Positions 12,515 to 22,160 of a stretch of DNA of 64,000 nucleotides are shown one piece after another. Under the pieces are notes generated by a model. It did not search any database. It saw only the letters and a program-made list of their open reading frames with translations, and was not told the origin of the DNA. Source of the DNA: Squalus acanthias (Eukaryota); contig CM059432.1 in assembly GCA_030390025.1 (NCBI GenBank), forward strand, positions 106,022,001 to 106,086,000, read 5' to 3'. The translations under genes and the position numbers were made by a program. How positions within the stretch are numbered: the stretch's first letter is position 1; each line of letters starts with the position of its first letter.

Positions 12515-14335
12515 CTACTTTTTGCCCTTCGAGGGTGATCTCCTTCCCTTGCGCACTTCCCCCCTTCTAACCCTACTGCTCCTCCGTAATGGGACCTCAG
12601 TGGCTGCAGCAAGGCTGGTGGAAGGCTGCTGCTCGTCAGACCCTGACACTGCAGATGCCCCTGAAGGACGGCCTCGACCACTTCTGGGCCTGGAGGGCCC
12701 GGCTGCAGACTGCACCAACTCTGCATGGGCGGCAGCAGTCTGTCCTACAGGCGGTGGCAAGTGCAGTGGAGAAGTGACAGTGTTGGCAGCAGGAATGCTG
12801 TCATCGTGCGAGAGGACAGCAACTCCCTGCTCGCCCGACACACTGGCACTCCCACGGGGCAGCACTTCAGCATCCGGAGCAATCTGCCGGAGAACAGATT
12901 GCTGGCCTGCTGCGGCGCGGTGACAGCCCCGGGGACATGTGCACGAACCATCGAGGTTGGCAGCAGTCTGTGCTCGCGTGGCCTCCATCTGAGTCTGTAT
13001 GAGAGCAGTCAGAGGTGGGATCACGGCAGCCAGTGACTGAATTGCAGCACTAAGCGTTAGTGTGGCATCCGCCTGTGCTACAGCGAAGTGCTCCACACTC
13101 CTTGCCAGTGACTCAATGCATTCGGGCACCCTTCCCACTGCACCCATGAGCTCAGTGTGCATGCCCACCTGGGTGTTCATTTCTGCAATCAGCCGCTCCT
13201 CCTCTGCGTCCATTGCAGTAGGAGTGTCTGGCATACTCTCCCTCTGGGGAGAAGGCCCCCGTTCTTCCCTACCCCCCCCCATGGCGTTGCTGCAGCCCGC
13301 TGGGTCCTGGAGCTTCACCCTCATCAGCCCCTTCCCCCCTGCTCCCCTCCGGGGAAGGCGTGTTCCCAGTGTGGGCATGGGCTTCCTCGGGAGAGGGTGG
13401 CACTGATGCTCTGGCTTCCTCTTCCTCCTCAGCTGCAGCATCACTCCCAGTGGCAGCTTCAGGGCCCGTCTCCTCAGCTGGTGAATCACCATCTGAAAGC
13501 AGGGAGGTACAAGAGTGGCTTTAGCGTGAGGACAGGGTGGCAGTAAGGGAGGAATAAGTGCAGCGAGTTAGCAAGTTGGATTGAAAGTGTCAAAGGCTGG
13601 TGTTGTGAGGGACAAGTGGAAGGACAGAGGACAAAAAGGTGATGACCTTACCATTGCTGTCCAGAACGGGGTCGGCGTCTCCAGTGGCGACGGGACCGAT
13701 CACCCGGCTTGCCACAATCCTGTGGACCCGCTCCTCCAGATCGCTGAGGGGTTGCAGCTGAGGCCGCCCTCCACCTGTCCGTTGCTGCTGTCTCCTATTA
13801 TGAGCCAGCTTAGCCTGCAAGAAAAAGGACAGCATCTGAGTAAATATACAGCCATGATCTTGCCTGATGTGCCTCCCATAGGTGAATAGCCCTTACAATA
13901 TACAGCCATGGTGTTGCCTGATGTGCCTCCCATAGGTGAATAGCCCTTACTGTATGCAAAGTGTGGAATGTGTGTGTGTGTTTGATGAAAGGGCCATAGG
14001 TGTTGGATGAGTGTTGTGCATTGGGGTTTTAAGACCCTCTGGCCATAGAGTGAGGTTGAGATGGAGGGATGGAGAGGTATTGAGAAAAAGCCACTCACCC
14101 TGACGACCCGAGTGAGGTCGTTGAACTTTTTGCGGCATTGAGTATGGGTCCTGGGCACCATGCTCCTGGAGGAGACGCTCTGAGCCACCTCCCTCCACAC
14201 TCTTCTGAACTCGCGTGGCAAAGGCCTCCTGCCACTCTCAGGGAACAGCATACATCGTCTGCGCTCCACTGCGCCAACCAGAGCATCCAAGGCCCGCTCG
14301 GTGAAGCGATGAGCGCGTTCTCTCACCCTCTCCAT
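12515..14335 (-). pseudogene. Harbinger ORF2 Myb/SANT-like DNA-binding protein, copy 1; exons 14335-14099, 13814-13652, 13492-12515; +1 frameshift in a G-run at ~13272-13280
   Basis: MERVRERAHRFTERALDALV..WREVAQSV..RTHTQCRKKFNDL. GT-AG introns with compatible phases (0 then 1). Spliced frame hits TAG after a 9-G run; one G fewer joins the long C-terminal frame. Confidence 0.85.
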
Positions 14336-15016
14336 GCTTGGCAGCAAAATGGATTCACAGGTCTCTCCAGGCTGAGATTCAAGGCTGCAATGAGCAGGGT
14401 GTGGCTGGGGAGCAAGTGGCCCCCCCCGCTTTACGAAGTGTCCGGCGCCAGTGTGTCTGTGTTCCCTCGCTAACTGGCAGCAGCTGCGCTGCGCTCGCGC
14501 GCTGAGTTAGCGCCTCACTCCTTGGCCTTTGCGCCTTAAGACAGGTGTGCAGCGCCTGCTTTAGCGCTCCACTCACCTCCCGGGGCGGTAAAAGTGAAGT
14601 TTCCTGTCAGTGCCGATAATTAGCGCCAGGCGCTAATATTTGCGTCCGGACGATATTTGCGCCCCAAATGGGGCGCGACCTAATTTCTACCCCATAGAGT
14701 TTCACATTCAAGCACAAAGTAATGTATAAATGAAGGAATTTAAAAATATGAAATTTAAGAAACAGCAGCACATAGACAGTGGGAATCACCCAAACTCAAT
14801 GTAAGCCTAGTGACTGATCTTTTTTGAGAGACATTTACAATGTTGGCCACTTGTATTAGCAGAAAAAAGTGTATCAATTTCAGAACATTTCATGTACAGT
14901 TTAGCCTTTTGAAATGTATCCTGCTCTTGTATTATGTACATGTTTGGCACTGCCAGATTATCGTGTAGGATAATAATTGGCTTGAACAAGAATTTTCCAG
15001 AGTGAGAGTTCTAGTT

Positions 15017-15135
15017 ACACGGACTGCAGCGGTTCAAGAAGGTGGCTCACCACCACCTTCTCAAGGGCAACTAGGGATGGGCAATAAATGCTGGCCTTGC
15101 CAGCGACGCCCAGATCCCATAAGCGAATAAAAAAA
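15017..15135 (+). mobile_element. Short 3' end of family-B LINE with A tail
   Basis: Near-identical to 10342-10461. Confidence 0.9.
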
Positions 15136-17040
15136 GGCCGAGAGGAGTATAGAAAGTGCAGGGGTGAAATCAAAAAGGAAATTAGGAAAGCAAAGAGAGG
15201 GCATGAAAAAATATTGGCGAGTAAAATCAAGGAAAACCCAAAGATGTTTTATCAATACATTAAGAGCAATAGGATAGCTAAAGTAAGAGTAGGGCCTATT
15301 AGGGACCATAAAGGTAACCTGTGTGTGGAAGCGGAAGACAGGGGTATGGTTCTTAAAACAGAGGCAAAGTATTCATTAACAAAAGAGAGGGACGATGCAG
15401 ACATTACAATCAGGGAGGAGGAGTGTGAAATATTAGATGAAATAAACATAGTAAAAGAGGAAGTATTAAGGGGTTTAGCATCTGTGAGAGTGGATAAATC
15501 CCTAGGCCCAGATGAAATGTATCCCAGACTGTTAAGAGAAGTAAGAGAGGAAATAGCAGAGGCTCTGACCATCATTTTCCAATCCTCTCTGGCGACAGGT
15601 GTGGTGCCAGAGGACTGGAGGACTGCTAACGTGGTACCGTTGTTTAAAAAGGGAGAAAGGGATAGACCGAGTAATTACAGGCCAGTCAGCCTAACCTCAA
15701 TAGTGGGAAAATTATTGGAAAAAATTCTGAGAGACAGGATAAATCTTCATTTAGAAAGACACGGATTAATCAGGGACAGTTAGCATGGATTTGTTAAGGG
15801 AAGGTCATGTCTGACGAACTTGATTGAATTTTCTGAGGAGGTAACAAGGAGGGTCGATGAGGGTAGTGCATTTGATGTAGTCTATATGGATTTTAGCAAG
15901 GCTTTTGATAAGGTCCTGCATGGCAGACTGGTCACGAAAGTAAAAGCCCATGGGATCCAAGGCAAAGTGGCAAGTTGGATCCAAAATTGGCTCAGAGACA
16001 GGAAACAAAGGGTAATGGTCAAAGGGTGTTTCCAGTGGGGTTCCGCAGGGCTCAGTACTGGGTCCTTTGCTTTTTGTGATATATATCAATGATTTGGACT
16101 TGAATGTAGGAAGTATGATTAAGAAGTTTGCAGATGATACAAAAATTGGCTGTGTGGTTGATAATGAAGAAGAAAGCTGCAGAATGCAGGAAGATATCAA
16201 TGGACTGGTCAGGTGGACAGAACAGTGGCAAATGGAATTCAATCTGGAGAAGTGTGAGGTAATGCATTTGGGGAGGGCTAACAAGGTAAGGGAATACACT
16301 ATAAATGGTAGGACACTGAGAAGTGCAGAAGATCAGAGGGACATTGGAGTGCATGTCCACAGATCCCTGAAGGTAGCAGGACAGGTAGATAAGGTGGTTA
16401 AGAAGGCATACTTGCCTTTATTAGCCTAGGCATAGAATATAAGAGGAGGGAGGTTATACTTGAACTGTATAAAACACTAATTAGGCCACAGCTAGAATAC
16501 TGCATGCAGTTCTGGTCACCACCTTACAGGAAGGATGTGATTGCACTCAAGGGGGTGCAGAGGAGATTTACGAGTATGTTGCCTGGGCTGGGGAATTTTA
16601 GCTATGAGGAAAGATTGGGAAAGGATGGGGTTGTTTTCTTTGGAACAGAGGAGGCTGAGGGGAGACCAAATTGAGGTGTATAAAATTATGAGGGGCCTAG
16701 ATAGAGTGGATAGGAGGAACCTTTTTCCCTTAGCAGAAGGGTCAATAACCAGGGGGCATAGATTTAAAGTAATTGGTCGGAGGTTTAGAGGGGATTTGAG
16801 GAGAAATTATTTCACCCAGAGGGTGGTGGGGGTCTGGAACTCACTGCCTGAAAGGGTGGCAGAGGCACAGACCCTCATCACATTTAAAAAGTACTTGGAT
16901 ATGCACTTGAAGTGCCATAACCTACAAGGCTCCGGACCAAGTGCTGGAAACTGGGATGGGGTGGATAGCTCTTTGTCAGCCAGCACGGACAAGATGGGCT
17001 GAATTGCCTCTTTCTGTGCTGTAAATTTCTATGATTCTAT
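15136..17040 (+). mobile_element. CR1 LINE ORF2 (RT) and 3' tail, degenerate; probable continuation of 5822-6483
   Basis: EEYRKCRGEIKKEIRKAKRGHEK..ENPKMFY, NYRPVSLTS, YMDFSKAFDKV, KFADDTK. Tail ttctatgattctat. Confidence 0.92.
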
Positions 17041-17782
17041 GGGGGAAAAATTAGGTCGCGCCCCACATGGGGCGCAAATATCGTCTGGACGCAAATATTA
17101 GCGCCTGGCGCTAATTATCGCCACTGACTGGAAACTTCACTTTTACCGCCCCGGGAGGTGAGTGGAGCGCTAAATCAGGCGCTGCACACCTGTCTTAAGG
17201 CGCAAAGGCCGAGCAGTGAGGCGCTAACTCAGTGCGCGAGCGCAGCGCAGGTGCTGCCAGTTAGCGAGGGAACACAGACACACTGGCGCCGGCCAGTTCT
17301 TAAAGCGGGGGGGGGGCCAACTTGCTCCCCAGCCACACCCTGCTCATTGCAGCCTTGAATCTCGGCCTGGAGAGACCTGTGAATCCATTTTGCTGCCAAG
17401 GATGGAGAGGGTGAGAGAACGAGCTCAGCGCTTCACCGAGCGGGCCTTGGATGCTCTGGTTGGCGCGGTGTAGCGCAGAAGATGTATACTGTTCCCTGAG
17501 AGTGGCAGGAGGCCTTTGCCACGCGAGTACAGAAGAGTGTGGAGGGAGGTGGCTCAGAGCGTCTCCTCCAGGAGCATGGTGCCCAGGACCCATGTTCAAT
17601 GCCGCAAAAAGTTCAACGACCTCACTCGGGTCGTCAGGGTGAGTGGCTTTTTCTCAATACCTCTCCATCCCTCCATCTCAACCTCACTCTACGGCCAGAG
17701 GGTCTTAAAACCCCAATGCACAACACTCATCCAACACCTATGGCCCTTTCATGAAACACACACACACATTCCACACTTTGGA

Positions 17783-17890
17783 TACAGTAAGGGCTATTCA
17801 CCTATGGGAGGCACATCAGGCAAGACCATGGCTGTATACAGTAAGGGCTATTCACCTATGGGAGGCACATCAGGCAAGACCATGGCTGTA
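17783..17890. repeat. 54-bp tandem duplication in ORF2 intron 1 (also in copy 1 at ~13847-13954)
   Basis: tacagtaagggctattcacctatgggaggcacatcaggcaagaccatggctgta x2. Confidence 0.9.
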
Positions 17891-18497
17891 TATTTACTCA
17901 GATGCTGTCCTTTTACTTGCAGACCAAGCTGGCGCATAATAGGAGACAGCAGCAACGGACAGGTGGAGGGCGGCCTCAGCTGCAACCCCTCAGCGATCTG
18001 GAGGAGCGCGTCCACAGGATTGTGGCAAGCCAGGTGATCGGTCCCGTCGCCACTGGAGACGCCGACCCCGTTCTGGACAGCAATGGTAAGGTCATCACCT
18101 TTTTGTCCTCTGTCCTTCCACTTGTCCCTCACAACACCAGCCTTTGACACTTTCAATCCAACTTGCTAACTCGCTGCACTTATTCCTCCCTTACTGCCAC
18201 CCTGTCCCCACGCTAAAGCCACTCTTGTACCTCCCTGCTTTCAGATGGTGATTCACCAGCTGAGGAGACGGGCCCTGAAGCTGCCAGTGGGAGTGAAGCT
18301 GCAGCCGAGGAGGAAGAGGAAGCCGGAGCATCAGTGCCACCCTCTCCCGAGGAAGCCCATGCCCACACTGGGAACACGCCTTCCCTGGGGGGGAGCAGGG
18401 GGGAAGGGTCTGATGAGGGTGAAGCTCCTGGACCCAGCGGGCTGCAGCAACGCCATGGGGGAGGGAAGAACGGGGGCCTTCTCCCCAGAGGGAGAGT

Positions 18498-21410
18498 ATG
18501 CCAGAGACTCCTACTGCAATGGACGCAGAGGAGGAGCGGCTGATCGCAGAAATGAACACCCAGGCGGTGGGCATGCACACTGAGCTCATGGGTGCAGTGG
18601 GAAGGGTGCCCGAATGCATTGAGTCACTGGCAAGGAGTGTGGAGCACTTCGCTGTAGCACAGGCGGATGCCACACTAACGCTTAGTGCTGCAATTCAGTC
18701 ACTGACTGCCGTGATCCCATCTCTGACTGCTCTCATACAGACTCAGATTGAGGCCACGCGAGCACTGACTGCTGCCAACCTCGATGGTTCATTCAAATGT
18801 CCCCGGGGCTCTCACTGCGCCGCAGCAGGCCAGCAATCTGTGCTCCAGCAGATTGCTCCGGATGCTGAAGTGCTGCCCCGTGGGAGTGCCAGTGTGTTGG
18901 GCGAGCAGGGAGTTGCTGTCCTCTCTCACGATGACAGCATTCCTGCTGCCAACACTGTCACTTCTCCACTGCACTTGCCACCACCTGTAGGACAGACTGC
19001 TGCCGCCCATGCAGAGTTGGTGCAGTCTGCAGCCGGGCCCTCCAGGCCCAGAACTGGTCGAGGCCGTCCTTCAGGGGCATCTGCAGTGTCAGGGTCTGAC
19101 GATCAGCAGCCTTCCACCAGCCTTGCTGCAGCCACTGAGGTCCCATTACGGAGCATTACGGTTGCAACCACAGGGAAGTCCATCGTCAACCTGTCGGACC
19201 ACACCCTTCAACCAGACGAAATCGAAGTTCTCGCCCTAGGGCTCAAGTTCTGCCCCACCACCAAAATGGACCCCATCGGTCTCGCGGCGGACACAGAGGA
19301 ATTCATCAGGAGAATGAGGATCCGGGAATACTACCACAAATCCCAAGATGTCAGCAACATTCCTAATGGGACAATCAATGATCCGGAACAGCAGACAGAG
19401 GGAACCGCAGTGCTACAACCGAGGAAGAAAGAGTCAAATTGGACCCCTCCGGAGGGTCGCAACCCTAAGCTTGACATGTATGCTCAAGCTGTCAGGAAAT
19501 GCATCAACGCCAGATTCATCAGCCGTACTCACAAGACAGTCCAGAATGTCACCCGAGCACAACGCAACGCCATCCACGCGCTCAAGACCAACCGCAACAT
19601 CGTCATCAAACCAGCGGACAAAGGAGGAGCCATCGTCATACAGAACAGAATGGACTATTGCAAAGAAGCATACCGACAACTGGACAACCAGGAACACTAC
19701 AGACAGCTACCCGCAGATCCGACCAAAGAACACACCCGCCAACTCAATAGACTGATCAAGACCTTCGATCCAGACCTTCAAAACATCCTACGCGCTCTCA
19801 TCCCACGTACTCCCCGCGTAGGAGACTTTTACTGCCTCCCAAAGATACACAAAGCCAACACACCCGGACGTCCTATCGTATCAGGCAACGGAACCCTGTG
19901 TGAGAACCTCTCTGGGTACGTCGAGGGCATCCTGAAACCCATCGTACAGGGAACCCCCAGCTTCTGTCGCGACACTACAGACTTCTTGCAGAAACTCAGC
20001 ACCCATGGACCAGTTGAACCAGGAACACTCCTCGTCACGATGGACGTATCGGCACTCTACACCAATATCCCCCACAATGACGGCATCGCTGCGACAGCCT
20101 CAGTACTCAACACCAACAACAGCCAATCTCCGGACGCCATCCTACAACTCATCCGCTTCATCCTTGACCACAATGTCTTCACCTTCGACAACCATTTTTT
20201 TACCCAAACACACGGAACAGCCATGGGGACCAAATTCGCACCCCAATACGCCAACATCTTCATGCACAAGTTCGAGCAAGACTTCTTCGCTGCACAGGAC
20301 CTCCAACCAACGCTGTACACCAGATACATCGACGACATCTTCTTCCTTTGGACCCACGGCGAAGGATCACTGAAAGGACTACACGATAGCATCAACAGGT
20401 TCCATCCCACCATCAAACTCACCATGGACTACTCCTCAGAATCGGTTTCATTCTTGGACACACGAATCTCCATCAAAGACGGACGCCTCAGCACTTCACT
20501 CTACCGCAAGCCCACGGACAACCTCACGATGCTCCACTTCTCCAGCTTCCACCCTAACCACGTTAAAGAAGCCATCCCCTATGGACAAGCCCTGAGAATA
20601 CACAGGATCTGCTCAGACGAGGAGGAACGCGATGGACACCTACGGACACTGAAAGACGCCCTCGTAAGAACGGGATATGACGCTCGACTCATCGATCGAC
20701 AGTTCCGACGGTCCACAGTGAAAAACCGCATAGACCTCCTCAGAAGACGAACACGGGACACAACCAACAGAGTACCCTACGTCGTCCAGTACTTCCCCGG
20801 AGCGGAAAAACTACGCCATGTTCTTCGCAGCCTTCAACATGTCATCGATGACGACGAACACCTTGCTAAGGCCATCCCCACGCCTCCACTACTCGCCTTC
20901 AAGCAGCCGCCTAACCTCAAAAGTACCATCGTTCGCAGCAGATTACCCATCTTTCAGGAGAACAGCAACCAAGACACCACACAACCCTGCCACGGCAACC
21001 TCTGCAAGACATGCCAAATCATGGACACAGATACCATCATCACACGTGAGGACACTACCCACCAGGTACACGGTACATACTCATGTGACTCGGCCAACGT
21101 TGTCTACCTGATACGTTGCAGTAAAGGATGCTCCAGAGCATGGTACATCGGCGAGACCATGCAGACACTGAGACAACGTATGAACGGACACCGCGCAACA
21201 ATCGCCAGGCAGGAGGGTTGCCTCCCAGTCGGGGAACACTTCAGCAGCCAGGGGCATTCAGCCTCGGATCTGCGGGTAAGCGTTCTCCAAGGCGGCCTTC
21301 GAGATACACGACAGCGCAAAATCATAGAGCAGAAACTGATAGCCAAGTTCCGCACTCATGAGGATGGCCTCAATCGCGATATCGGGTTCATGTCACGATA
21401 CAGAACGTGA
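18498..21410 (+). CDS. 970-codon chimeric ORF: Harbinger ORF2 C-terminal region fused in frame to Penelope-like RT + GIY-YIG endonuclease
   Basis: First ~218 aa match copy-1 ORF2 (MPDTPTAMDAEEERL..TEVPLR). Remainder has IKPADKGG, MDVSALYTNI, GTAMG, RYIDDIF, a CxxxxCxxC linker and VVYLIRC..YIGET..R..H..EQKLI..GLN. Expression unknown. Confidence 0.7.
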   Translation: MPETPTAMDAEEERLIAEMNTQAVGMHTELMGAVGRVPECIESLARSVEHFAVAQADATLTLSAAIQSLTAVIPSLTALIQTQIEATRALTAANLDGSFKCPRGSHCAAAGQQSVLQQIAPDAEVLPRGSASVLGEQGVAVLSHDDSIPAANTVTSPLHLPPPVGQTAAAHAELVQSAAGPSRPRTGRGRPSGASAVSGSDDQQPSTSLAAATEVPLRSITVATTGKSIVNLSDHTLQPDEIEVLALGLKFCPTTKMDPIGLAADTEEFIRRMRIREYYHKSQDVSNIPNGTINDPEQQTEGTAVLQPRKKESNWTPPEGRNPKLDMYAQAVRKCINARFISRTHKTVQNVTRAQRNAIHALKTNRNIVIKPADKGGAIVIQNRMDYCKEAYRQLDNQEHYRQLPADPTKEHTRQLNRLIKTFDPDLQNILRALIPRTPRVGDFYCLPKIHKANTPGRPIVSGNGTLCENLSGYVEGILKPIVQGTPSFCRDTTDFLQKLSTHGPVEPGTLLVTMDVSALYTNIPHNDGIAATASVLNTNNSQSPDAILQLIRFILDHNVFTFDNHFFTQTHGTAMGTKFAPQYANIFMHKFEQDFFAAQDLQPTLYTRYIDDIFFLWTHGEGSLKGLHDSINRFHPTIKLTMDYSSESVSFLDTRISIKDGRLSTSLYRKPTDNLTMLHFSSFHPNHVKEAIPYGQALRIHRICSDEEERDGHLRTLKDALVRTGYDARLIDRQFRRSTVKNRIDLLRRRTRDTTNRVPYVVQYFPGAEKLRHVLRSLQHVIDDDEHLAKAIPTPPLLAFKQPPNLKSTIVRSRLPIFQENSNQDTTQPCHGNLCKTCQIMDTDTIITREDTTHQVHGTYSCDSANVVYLIRCSKGCSRAWYIGETMQTLRQRMNGHRATIARQEGCLPVGEHFSSQGHSASDLRVSVLQGGLRDTRQRKIIEQKLIAKFRTHEDGLNRDIGFMSRYRT

Positions 21411-21770
21411 CTTGACATCATGGCCGGTCTTCCCAGGTGTTTGTTTGTTTTTTTTTTAAAAAGACTAACACAAGAACCTACACAAATTGACAGGATATGC
21501 AGCCAGCAGGTGGTTTGACACGTTGGACCCCCTGGGACACATCTCATTGTCTTGGCTGTGCTCTTTGATGTAGGGAAAGATGTGAATAGATTTTGTCTGT
21601 GTTTAAATTGTGAATTCTGGGAGATTCTCTCACTGCTAACTTACCTGACGAAGGAGCGAACTGCTCTGAAAGCTTGTAAAATTAAATAAATCTGTTGGAC
21701 TATAACCTGGTGTTGTGCGACTTCTCATTTTTGTCCACCCCAGTCCAACGCCGGCATCTCCACATCATGA
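19154..21770 (+). mobile_element. 5'-truncated Penelope-like retroelement (probably Neptune-type) with 3' pseudo-LTR
   Basis: 11-bp TSD CCATTACGGAG (19143-19153, 21771-21781). Uninterrupted RT-GIY-YIG frame. Cys-rich linker PCHGNLCKTC. AATAAA at 21685-21690. Confidence 0.93.
21641..21679 (+). ncRNA. Minimal type-I hammerhead ribozyme in the Penelope pLTR
   Basis: TTAC-CTGACGA-[AG GAGC GAACT GCTC T]-GAAA-GC-TT-GTAA: stem I TTAC/GTAA, core CUGAnGA and GAAA, palindromic AGCT stem III. Confidence 0.75.
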
Positions 21771-22160
21771 CCATTACGGAGGAGCAGTAGGGTTAGAAGG
21801 GGGGAAATGCGCAAGGGAAAGAGATCACCCTCGAAGGGCAAAAAGTAGGAGGTGTGACAAAATGCTGGTCATTTTTTTATTAAAGGCCGAGGTTCGTGGT
21901 CCAACTTTTGTCTAGTGTTTTGGACATTATCTCCAGGTTGTGAGAACCAGTTATGTTAATGACTGTTTTTTTGTGTTTATTTCTATGAGTTTGTCATGAG
22001 GAAATGACACACACAGAGTTTGTAAAATAAATAAGTTTTTGTATTCAAAATATACATGTTTGGTGTTTCGAATCATTGGTGCCTTGGCCGGCTTAGGGGT
22101 TGCGTGCTGGGTTCATTAATGTTGTTAGCAATGACAGAAGCCATTTCCACAGCAGGGGCC

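Larger units (their letters stand above)
10549..14693 (+). mobile_element. Full-length PIF/Harbinger DNA transposon, copy 1 (4145 bp)
   Basis: TIR GGGGTAAAAATT / GGGGTAGAAATT. 3-bp TSD ATA (10546-10548, 14694-14696). Convergent transposase and Myb/SANT genes. Confidence 0.95.
17402..21847 (+). pseudogene. Harbinger ORF2 Myb/SANT gene, copy 2; exons 17402-17638, 17923-18085, 18245-(19153 / 21782-21847)
   Basis: Same exon structure as copy 1. Nonsense GAG>TAG at 17471-17473, -1 frameshift in G-run ~18457-18461, Penelope insertion in exon 3. Confidence 0.85.

Noticed and set aside
12515..13492. 325-aa single-exon protein starting MVIHQLRRR
   Set aside because: The ATG directly follows a splice acceptor. 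The spliced frame is offset until the G-run, so the first ~70 residues are out-of-frame artefact.
17402..21410. Functional full-length Myb-RT-endonuclease fusion gene
   Set aside because: Nonsense codon at 17471 and frameshift near 18460 precede the fusion; only an internal-ATG product is possible from this allele.
19154..21410. Telomerase RT, or Naiad/Chlamys-type (N-terminal EN, selenocysteine) Penelope
   Set aside because: GIY-YIG is C-terminal, there is no in-frame TGA, and a TSD and pLTR are present.
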